Source: Dictyostelium discoideum (taxonomy: Eukaryota). Taken from it: 64,000 bases of DNA. The notes below the pieces were generated by a model, which was not told the origin of the DNA, ran no database searches, and worked only from the letters and a program-made list of their open reading frames with translations. Made by a program: the position numbers and the translations under genes. Location of the stretch: assembly GCA_000004695.1 (NCBI GenBank), contig CM000152.2:96001-160000 (forward strand), written 5' to 3'. Every line of letters begins with the position of its first letter. Position 1 is the first letter of the stretch. Of the stretch, positions 50,554-64,000 are shown in pieces.

Positions 50554-50946
50554 TTACTTCCAAATACTATCTCTACATAATCCATTATAAATACCATCAA
50601 TTCTTGAACCAAATCTGTTATTTGAAAAATAATCTTTATTTACTCTACGAGAATAGATTTGATGTTGTTCAAATGGATCCCATTTTATAAAGCACACATT
50701 TATAGTTCCAGAAATGAATGAACCAACATTATTATGAAATTTATTTGGTAATTCTAAATAACCCATACTTGTATTATAAATGAATTTTTCACCTTGAAAA
50801 TTAATTTCAGTAAATAGAATTACTTGATTTGATTGGTCATTAAAAAATGGGTATGGGAAATAATCATCTGCGTTTGAATATTTAAATAATAATAAAAATA
50901 AAAATGATAAAATTATTATTAAAATACCTTTAAAATTATTTATCAT
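50554..50946 (-). CDS. Hypothetical small secreted protein (130 aa) with N-terminal signal peptide
   Basis: Single ORF. MINNFKGILIIILSFLFLLLFKYSNA looks like a signal peptide. The rest is a non-repetitive, aromatic-rich sequence with two Cys. No recognised domain. Confidence 0.5.
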   Translation of the reverse strand: MINNFKGILIIILSFLFLLLFKYSNADDYFPYPFFNDQSNQVILFTEINFQGEKFIYNTSMGYLELPNKFHNNVGSFISGTINVCFIKWDPFEQHQIYSRRVNKDYFSNNRFGSRIDGIYNGLCRDSIWK

Positions 50947-51403
50947 TTTTTTTTTTTCCTTTAAAATTAAATAAATTATTATTGTATTAAATTAAAAAAA
51001 ATAAAAAAAAAAAACCAATAATAAATAAATAAATAAAATTCAAAAAAAAAAAAAAAATAAAAAAAAAAAAAAATAAAAATTAATTGATTTATTTGTTTAA
51101 AAAAGAAAAAAAAAAAAAAAAAAGACTTTTTTATTTTTATTTGGAATGGAAATATTAATAAGTTTATATATAAACTAGGTCGAATTAAATCATCAAAAAA
51201 AAGTATTAAAAAAGTGTATTTTTGGGAAAAATAAAATAAAATAAAATAAAAAATAGATTTTAAAAAAAAATAATAATAATAATTTTATTATAATTATAAA
51301 TTTTATTTATTATTATTATTATTATTATTTATTATTACTGTCATATTGTTACTACTCTATTATTACTATCTTAAAAATTATATATATATAAATGTCAATA
51401 TTT

Positions 51404-52477
51404 TTAAAAGAATTTGAATTTTCCTTTCTTTTGTTTAGAAGGAGTATTCGAGCCAGAATCCAAATCAATTTGATCTAATAAATCAGTTAACATTGCTTTC
51501 TTTTGAACATTTTGTTGAGTTTTATCACTACCACCACCACTAGCACTATTACTATTACTATTGTTATTGTTATTGGTATTGGTATTACTATTACTATTAC
51601 TATTATTTACTGTAGTTGAAAGTGAATTTGTTGAAGAATTTGAAAGATTTAAAGATGGTGAAGTTGTATTTGAATTTGGAGAGAAAGAACCAGAAGAACC
51701 TAAACCAGTATTTGCAGTTGAAGTTGTTGAAATCGAAGGTGAAGTTGTACTTGAAACTTCATCTGAAACACCTAAACTCAAATTTGAAATTTCAAAATCA
51801 TCTTTTAAAAACTCTGATAACATCGCATTCAATTGTAATTCAGTTTGATATTTTGTATCCCAATCTAAATTTGGCTCTTTATTTGATACTGATAAACTAC
51901 TTCCAATTGGTGATGATTGTTTTTGTGCATTTTGTTTATCATCTTCATTATTATTATTATTATTAATATTATTTTCTTTACTATTTTCATCCAATGATAT
52001 ATTCTCTAATTTATCTATTTTTATTATATTATTACTATTATTATTATTATTTTCATTATATATATTATTTGTATTTGTATTATTTGTATTTGTATTATTA
52101 TTATTATTATTTGATAATTGTTCAATTCTAGATTTTAAAAATTGAATTTCATCTTTATATTGTTTTTCTTTTTGTTGTTGTTGTTGTGTTATTGTATTTA
52201 CTAAGGAATTGAATTCATCGGATAAATCATTTGATCTTTTTATAACATTTCTAACTAATTGAACAGTGTATAATCCTAAATTCGATGAATCAAACTGTGA
52301 TGAATCAATAGCTTGTGCTTGTGTATTAATATTTATATTTAATGAATTCTCTGCTTGATGTAATGTATTTTGATTGTTTATTAATGATCTTTCTATACTT
52401 TGTGAAAATGCTACTAAAACTTTAAATACTTTAGTATCAATTTCGTTCTTATATTCTTGTTCTAATAATACAGTCAT
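51404..52477 (-). CDS. Hypothetical coiled-coil protein (357 aa) with Ser/Thr/Asn-rich C-terminus
   Basis: Single ORF. The N-terminal ~150 aa is non-repetitive and heptad-like (…QFLKSRIEQLSNN…). The rest is low complexity. Confidence 0.55.
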   Translation of the reverse strand: MTVLLEQEYKNEIDTKVFKVLVAFSQSIERSLINNQNTLHQAENSLNININTQAQAIDSSQFDSSNLGLYTVQLVRNVIKRSNDLSDEFNSLVNTITQQQQQKEKQYKDEIQFLKSRIEQLSNNNNNNTNTNNTNTNNIYNENNNNNSNNIIKIDKLENISLDENSKENNINNNNNNEDDKQNAQKQSSPIGSSLSVSNKEPNLDWDTKYQTELQLNAMLSEFLKDDFEISNLSLGVSDEVSSTTSPSISTTSTANTGLGSSGSFSPNSNTTSPSLNLSNSSTNSLSTTVNNSNSNSNTNTNNNNNSNSNSASGGGSDKTQQNVQKKAMLTDLLDQIDLDSGSNTPSKQKKGKFKFF

Positions 52478-52700
52478 TTTTATTTATTTATTTATTTATT
52501 ATATATTTAGACAAATACTAGTATTTATACAATTTATTTCCAGTTAGTTGTTGATATTTTTTTATAAAATTTTTTTTTGGTTTTGGTTTTTTTTTTTTTT
52601 TTTATAGAATTTTAAAATATATAAACCTCGGTGTTTTTATATATTATTATTATTATTATTATAAAATGAAATAAAATTAAAATTAAATTTTAAAAATTAT

Positions 52701-52738
<38 letters not shown>

Positions 52739-52905
52739 ATTATTGGGTTTGGAAGGATTGATTTGTTTTTTTTTTTTTTTTTTTTAATTATTACAAATAT
52801 TATTTATAGTAAATTATTGTAGGTTGAAATAAAAAAAAAAAAAAAATAAAATAAATTATTTTATAATACAGTTATGTGTGGTTGAAAATGATTTGAAAAG
52901 TTTTT

Positions 52906-52955
52906 GGTGGTGTGTGTGTGTATATGTGTATATGTGTGTGTGTGTGTGTGTGTTG
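52906..52955. promoter_or_regulatory. (GT)n / GT-rich tract ~430 bp upstream of the 52477 minus-strand gene
   Basis: ggtggtgtgtgtgtgtatatgtgtatatgtgtgtgtgtgtgtgtgtgtgttgagg. Similar GT-rich tracts lie at 22256..22308 and 22470..22520 just upstream of the RhoGEF start (22239, minus), and at 54930..55010. Confidence 0.3.
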
Positions 52956-53349
52956 AGGAAATAATTATTTTTTTATTTTTTATTTTTTTATTTTTGCTTG
53001 TGTGTATAAACAAATATGTAAAAAAAAATAATAAGAATTCTTATTATGTGGCACTTGTGATTATTTAATTTGAAAATTCCTTTATTGATCGATAAATTTA
53101 ATATCTAAAAGAAAAAAATAAATAAATATATATAGATAAACAAAATAAAATTTTGAGGTTAGTTTTTTTTTAAAAGATTTTCCAAAAGAGATATAAAAAA
53201 TTATCCTCCCCAAAATTGAAGATTAATTTATTATTGATATTAATATTGTTAATCAAAACAAAACCATTTAAAAAAAAAATAATAATAATAATAAAATAAA
53301 AATTAAAAATATTATTAAAAAAAAAATAAAAAAAAAATAATAAAAAAAA

Positions 53350-53387
<38 letters not shown>

Positions 53388-53919
53388 TAAAAAAAAATAA
53401 AAAAAAAAATAAAAATTTTTAATTAAGATAATTTAATGTTATGAATATGGGGGTGTAACAAATATTGATTTTATTTCTTGTTTTTATTATTATAAAATTT
53501 AATAAAAAAAAAAAATAAAAAATAGAAAATCAATTCAATGGAACGCATAGGTGGTGATTGTGTTGTGATAAAAAAAAAAACATAAAAAAAAAAAAATAAA
53601 TAAATAAAAAAAATCTCTACACAACCCCACAAAATCTATTTATATATATGTATATATATAAAAACACAAACCACAAAACAATAGTTTTGTTGTCCTAAAA
53701 AAAAAAAAAAAGTCAATAAAAAAATAAAAAAAAAAAGTGTTTAAAAAAGAAAAAAATAAAATATCTCTTTGATGGGAGAGTTGGAATTAATTACAATAGT
53801 AATTACTAGCAAATAAAATAAATAGATTTTTATTTTTTTAATATACTATATCTACTATAGTTAGTTTTTTTTTTTCTTTTTTTTTTTATTCATTTATTTA
53901 TTAATTTATATTGCGAGCA

Positions 53920-53950
<31 letters not shown>

Positions 53951-54165
53951 GAAAAAAAAAAAAAGAAAAATAAAAACAGATATAAAGTTTATTTTTTTTA
54001 AAAAAAAAATAAATAATAAGTATCTAAAGTATGGAAAGATGGATTGTTTTATTTATCTTTATTCTTTTATTTTGTTTTACTTATTTTATTTATTTTATTT
54101 TACCATCTTTATTTTTTATTTTTTTTATTTTACCATTGATTTGATTATATTAAACAATTACAAAA

Positions 54166-54245
54166 ATAAAATATAAAATAAAATATAAAATAAAATATAA
54201 AATAAAATATAAAATAAAATATAAAATAAAATAAAAAATAAAATA
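54166..54245. repeat. 12-bp tandem repeat (AAAATATAAAAT)x6-7
   Basis: Seen directly. Confidence 0.85.
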
Positions 54246-54315
54246 AAATAAAATATAATTTAATGTGAGTGTCTTTTGTTACTTTTTCTTTTTTTCTTTT
54301 TGTTTTTTGGTTTGT

Positions 54316-54445
<130 letters not shown>

Positions 54446-54752
54446 AAATTTTATTAAAATCAAGAAAATTGATTTTATATATATTAATTAATTAAAAAAA
54501 GTCAAAGGATACATAAAAGGATATAAAAAAAAAAAAAAAAAAAAAAAGATAAAATTAAAATAAAAAAAAAAAAAAATAATAATAAAAAATAGAAAAAAGA
54601 AATAAAATTAAATTAAAAAAAAAAAGGAAAAAAAAAAAAACACCAAAAAATAATACCATCAGGTTATTGATATGTCAATTATTTAAAAAAAATATATGTA
54701 TATATATTAATATATAAATAATTGTGGGTATTGGAATCCACACCAAATGTTC

Positions 54753-54813
<61 letters not shown>

Positions 54814-54822
54814 TTATTATTA

Positions 54823-54917
<95 letters not shown>

Positions 54918-55232
54918 TTTTGCTTTATTTTTTAAGTGTGGTTAATGTGTACATGTAATGTAAGCGGTAGAGAGTTGTATATGTGGGTGTAAGTGTGAAA
55001 TTGAATGTGAACGAGTGTGAATAATAAATATTTTTGAGTCTGTACTGTGTTTTTGTATTTTTTCGCTACCACACTTTTTCACACAATTTTGTCAATTGAC
55101 ATATGTATTTTTTTTTAAATTTTTTTAATTTTTTTTTTTAATTTGATTTGGTGGGCAACCATCTTTAAATATTAACTTAACTTAACTTTTTTTTTTTTTT
55201 TTTTTATTAATTCTTTTCAATTAATATTGCCA

Positions 55233-55272
<40 letters not shown>

Positions 55273-55902
55273 TTTATTTAAAAAATATGATGCAAATTTT
55301 TATTATGATTTTTTTTTAAAAAAAAAAAATAAAAAAAAAATTCTCTCCTCTCTGGGGGCTATAGGAAGAAATAATAAAAAAATAAAATAAAATAAATAAT
55401 AATAAAAATAATAAAATTTTTAAAAGAAAAAGATTAAATAAAATTACTCACTAAACGCACTTAATGTTACCATAAAATAAAAAAAAGAAAAAAAATAATT
55501 GTTTTGGGCGTTTTACATACAAATTTGATTTATAAATCTTTTTCTTTTTTTTTTTTTTTTTTTTTTGTTTTGGTATGGCAAAAAAAAAAAAAAAATAAAA
55601 ATAAAAAAAAAAAAAAATAACAGAAAAAAAAAAAAAAATAAAAAAAAAATAAATAAAAGAAAAAAAAAAAAAAAATAAATATCCACGCAACTGATTCAAA
55701 ATTGTTGTCATTAGAGAAAAAAAAAAAAAAAAAAAAAAGAGCCATTTGGTCATTGTAATGAACGTGAAATCTAAAATATCTAAAAATTAAGTTATTTTGC
55801 CCCACAATATTATTTTTATTTTATTTTATAAAAAAAAAATCTTTCCTTTTTTTACACCCTGAACAAATTGATTATTATAAAATTAAAAATATAATTAAGT
55901 GT

Positions 55903-55936
<34 letters not shown>

Positions 55937-55982
55937 AAAAAAAACCTAAAAAAAAAAAAAAAATAATATCATATTGCAGTTA

Positions 55983-57090
<1,108 letters not shown>

Positions 57091-57603
57091 TTCTAAATAT
57101 CTTGTGTTGTGTGTTTTTTAAGTTTTTTGAAGTGAATTTTTTTTTTTTTTTTGTATTTGAAAATGAAAAAAAATTTTTTATAATATTTTCATTTTTTTAT
57201 TTTCAATTTTTTTTTTAATTTTGAAAATTCTTAGAAAATCATTGTTTTGGTCCATGTAATAAAAAAAATAAAAAATGATAAAAATAAAAAAGATATTTAT
57301 AAAAATATTTATAATAAATAAAATATAAAAAAAAAAAAAAAAAAAAAAAGAAAAATCAAATAAATAAAAAAGTTTGATGTTATAAAAATATTTATTTTAA
57401 ATTCGAGTTTAGAACCATTATCATTATATTTTTATTTTTATTTCTATTTTTTTAAAAAAAATCATTATTTTTTATTTTTAACTTTTTTTTTTTTTTTTTG
57501 TCATGAATATCCAGTTTTGTAGTTTACAACAATAATTAGCAAGTTTCATAAGTGTTTGTTCGTAAATGTGGTTATTTCTTCTACCACCCTTGAGGGAATC
57601 TTT

Positions 57604-57810
57604 TTACTTATTATTATATGATTCAAGTTGTTCAAGAATCTTTTGTTTTTCTAATAAAATTTTTTCAATTAATAATTTTTCATCTTCTTGTTGTTGTTTT
57701 AATTTTTTTATTTCTTCAAATTGATCTCTTGCTTGTTGCGCTATTGATTGAATCTCTTGCTTTTTATTATCAATTTCATTTTTTAAATTATTTTCAGTTT
57801 CACTTGACAT
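57604..57810 (-). CDS. Possible small coiled-coil protein (68 aa)
   Basis: Compact ORF with non-AT-biased codons and heptad periodicity (MSSETENNLKNEIDNKKQEIQSIAQQARDQFEEIKKLKQQQEDEKLLIEKILLEKQKILEQLESYNNK), flanked by poly(A)/poly(T). Kept only because its GC content is clearly above the intergenic background. Confidence 0.35.
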   Translation of the reverse strand: MSSETENNLKNEIDNKKQEIQSIAQQARDQFEEIKKLKQQQEDEKLLIEKILLEKQKILEQLESYNNK

Positions 57811-57830
57811 TGTGTTTGGGTTAAAAAAAA

Positions 57831-57866
<36 letters not shown>

Positions 57867-58172
57867 AAAAATAAAAAAAAAATTAAAACAAAAAACCCAA
57901 TATTTTTTTATTTTTTTTTTTATTTGAATATATTAATAGGTTTACTTTTGATCATTTTTAAAGATTAATCGGTATTTTTAATTTTTTTTTTTTATGCTGT
58001 TATTTATTTTTTTTTTTTTGTTTTTCTTTGATTTTTTTTATTTTTTTGTTTTTCTTTGATTTTTTTTTATTTTTTGTAATTTTTTTTTTTTTGTGATCAA
58101 AAATTAATCCCACAAAAAAAAAAAAAAAAAATAATGGTTTAAAAAAAAAGGTTATATAAATTTGAAATATAA

Positions 58173-58426
58173 ATGAAAGAGAAAATTATTAAAGCTGTGG
58201 TTCTTGGTGATGTAACAATTGGTAAAACATCATTATTAGTTACAAAAAAAATTGGATTTCCATTGGAATATATACCCACAATATTTGATAATCACTATTT
58301 CGAAATAAAAATAAATGACCAAATTATGAGAATTGGTTGTTGGGATACTGGTGGTGGTGAGGAATATCCTCGTATAAGGATGTTTTTTTTTATTTTTTAT
58401 TAAAAATTTTAATTATTATTTTATTT

Positions 58427-58465
<39 letters not shown>

Positions 58466-59011
58466 AGGACCATTATCATATCCACAAACAAATTTATTTT
58501 TAATTTTATTTTCAATATCTTCAAGAAATTCATTTAATAATTGTGAAACATATGTATGTAATTTAATTTTAATAATATATATTTGTTTTTTTTTTTTTTT
58601 TTTTAATCACATATTAATAATAAATAAAATAAAAAGTGGTTACCTGAAGTGACAAAATTTTTACCAAGTGTACCAATAATATTAGTTGGCACAAAAACGG
58701 ATTTAAGAAATTGTGATGATTATAAAGATAAATCAACATTTGTAACATATGAAGAAGGATTGGAGATGAAGGATAAAATTAATGCATCTGCATACCTAGA
58801 ATGCTCATCATTATTAAATAAAGGTGTAGATGATTTGTTCGATACAATGGCAATCATTGGTAATAATGACCTAAAATCAATAATTCCAAATCAATTACTT
58901 AGAGATCATTATAACCAATCACAAAGGAGTGAAATTTATGAAGCTCAAAGAAATAATTATGAAAATAATAACAATAATAATAATAATAATAATAAATGTA
59001 TAATTTGTTAA
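58173..59011 (+). CDS. Divergent Rho/Rac-family small GTPase with C-terminal CAAX box (CIIC); 3 exons (58173..~58375, 58468..58553, 58637..59011)
   Basis: G1 KAVVLGDVTIGKTSLL (GxxxxGKT). Switch I YIPTIFDNHY. G3 WDTGGGEEY instead of WDTAGQE[DE]Y, so the catalytic Gln is absent. Exon 2 PLSYPQTNLFLILFSISSRNSFNNCETY. Exon 3 WLPEVTKFLPSVPIILVGTKTDLR...YLECSSLLNKGVDDLFDTMA...KCIIC*. The exon-1 donor reads ATAAGGATGT where the paralogue has TTGAGTATGT, so it is either a weakened donor or an upstream GTATAA is used. Confidence 0.7.
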
Positions 59012-59064
59012 ATAAAAAAATGAAATTAAAAATTTTAATTATAATAATAATAATAATCCTTTTC

Positions 59065-59110
<46 letters not shown>

Positions 59111-59235
59111 TTATTCAAATTTGTGAAACATAAAAAAAATAAAGAACCAAAATATTAATAAAAATGGAAATTATATAATAAAAAAAAAACAGGTTATTAT
59201 TATCACATTTTATTTTTCTAAACCAAACTAAAACA

Positions 59236-59276
<41 letters not shown>

Positions 59277-59489
59277 ACCAAAATGAAAATAAAAAATTAA
59301 AAAATTAAAAAAAATTAAGATATTTATAAATTTTGTGCTTATTTTAAAATTAACCAATCAAAACTGACCAACAATCACTTAATATTTTGACTTTTTTTTT
59401 TTTTTTTTTTTTTAATTTTTAATAGGAAGTTTTTTTTTTTTAAGTTTTTGAAAAAAAAAAAAAAAGTTTTATTTATTATTATAAATAAA

Positions 59490-60262
59490 ATGGAAGAAAA
59501 TAAAATTAAAGTGGTATTGGTAAAACATCTTTATTGTATACAAAAAGGTAGAGGTACTTTTGAAACATACAATCCTACCTTATTTGAAGATCATATAAAA
59601 ATAAACAAAGATGGTAAAGAATATAATTTAGATTGTTGGGATATTAGCAGTGGTGCTGAGGATTATTCTCGTTTGAGTATGTCTTATAGTTAAATTTTAT
59701 TATATATAGGTTTTTTTTTTTTTTTTTTTTTTTTTCATTTGATTATTCAGTTTTATTTATTCTATTTTTAATTTTATATTTCTGTTAATAAAAAAACAGG
59801 ACCACTTTTATATCCAAATACAAATGTATTTTTTATTTGTTTTTCAATATCTTCAAGAGACTCATTTAATAAATGCACATGGGTATGTATTTAATTTCCA
59901 CCAACGAATATAAATAAATATTATTCAGTAAATTAATTTTTTCTATTTTGGGAAAAAAAAATTAAAATAAAAAGTGGGCCAAAGATTTAACTGAATATTG
60001 TCCTGACGTACCAAAGATATTGGTAGGAACTAAAATAGATTTAAGGGATGATAATGATCCAAATAAATCTGATTTTGTAAAATATAAAGAAGGTATAAAG
60101 ATGAAGGATAAAATTAATGCATCTACATACATAGAATGTTCGTCATTATTAAATAAAGGTGTAAATGATTTATTTGATACAATTTCAATCTTTAGTGACA
60201 ATAGAATACAAAGTAATTGTAATAATAAAAATCATAAAGAAAATAAATGCATTATTTGTTAA
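59490..60262 (+). CDS. Second, tandemly duplicated Rho-like GTPase paralogue with intact exon structure and CAAX box but a P-loop destroyed by compensating frameshifts. Possible pseudo-GTPase or pseudogene. 3 exons (59490..59676, 59800..59882, 59975..60262)
   Basis: Exon 1 MEENKIKVVLVKHLYCIQKGRGTFETYNPTLFEDHIKINKDGKEYNLDCWDISSGAEDYSRL. The DNA segment ttggtaaaacatc is identical to the paralogue's I-G-K-T-S codons but is read one base out of frame. The frame is restored ~30 nt later inside an A-run, so GKT is lost. Exon 2 (R)PLLYPNTNVFFICFSISSRDSFNKCTW. Exon 3 WAKDLTEYCPDVPKILVGTKIDLRDDNDP...YIECSSLLNKGVNDLFDT...KCIIC*. Canonical GTATGT donors in phases 1 and 0. Confidence 0.6.
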
Positions 60263-60508
60263 ATAAAATAAAATAATTTTTATTATTTATTTTTTAAGTT
60301 TTCCGTTTTTTTATTAAAAAATTTTAAGTGATCAATTTTCCGACCTAGATATTTTAATTTTTTTTTTAAAAAAAAAATTCCCTGGTCCGACTTAAAATTT
60401 TACAAAATCAGAAAAAAAAAAATATGCATTTTTTTTTTCTATAGTTTTTTTTTTTTATTTTTATTTTTTTTTTTTTCTAATTTTATTTTAATCAAAATTA
60501 ACTTTGTT

Positions 60509-64000
<3,492 letters not shown>

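Overview
This window looks like Dictyostelium discoideum-type nuclear DNA. It is about 75-80% A+T, is full of poly(A)/poly(T) and (ATT)/(AAT)/(CAA) tracts, and its coding regions are interrupted by short, extremely AT-rich GT..AG introns. The six-frame ORF tool evidently accepts TTG/GTG as start codons, so several listed 'M' starts are internal.

I can support about 23 protein-coding genes on both strands. Most are multi-exon, and splice sites were inferred by eye. Coordinates are good to about +/-2 nt because my base counting drifted by 1 nt in a few places.

Genes, in order:
- A mitochondrial carrier of the Rim2/SLC25A33/36 pyrimidine-nucleotide type.
- Tubulin folding cofactor B.
- A very large hybrid histidine kinase with 11 near-identical tandem 276-bp HAMP-encoding repeats, HisKA/HATPase domains and two receiver domains.
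- A secreted PA14/fibro-slime plus Dicty_CTDC-repeat membrane protein.
- An RBM42-like RRM protein.
- A CH-IQ-DH-PH RhoGEF.
- Two adjacent protein-kinase units.
- ETF beta.
- An importin-alpha-like ARM protein without an IBB domain.
- A ~3,280-aa WD40 low-complexity giant protein.
- UDP-glucose pyrophosphorylase.
- A MOSC/mARC-type protein.
- Several small or low-complexity hypotheticals.
- A tandem pair of highly divergent CAAX-boxed Rho-family GTPase genes. The second has lost its P-loop through compensating frameshifts.
- An ankyrin-repeat gene that runs off the 3' end of the window.

Non-coding content:
- Long (ATT)n/(AAT)n microsatellites in introns and in a ~3.6-kb gene-poor stretch (52.5-56 kb).
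- G-box/GT-rich promoter-like elements.
- An unusual ~400-bp array of degenerate 9-10 bp TGGTTCATY repeats followed by inverted copies (33.06-33.47 kb).

No rRNA, tRNA, CRISPR array or recognisable transposon ORF was found. CRISPR is not expected in a eukaryote.

The most interesting points are the HAMP-repeat expansion, the Rho-GTPase pair with a likely pseudo-GTPase, the TGGTTCAT array, and several gene models whose exon junctions cannot be closed with canonical, phase-compatible splice sites.
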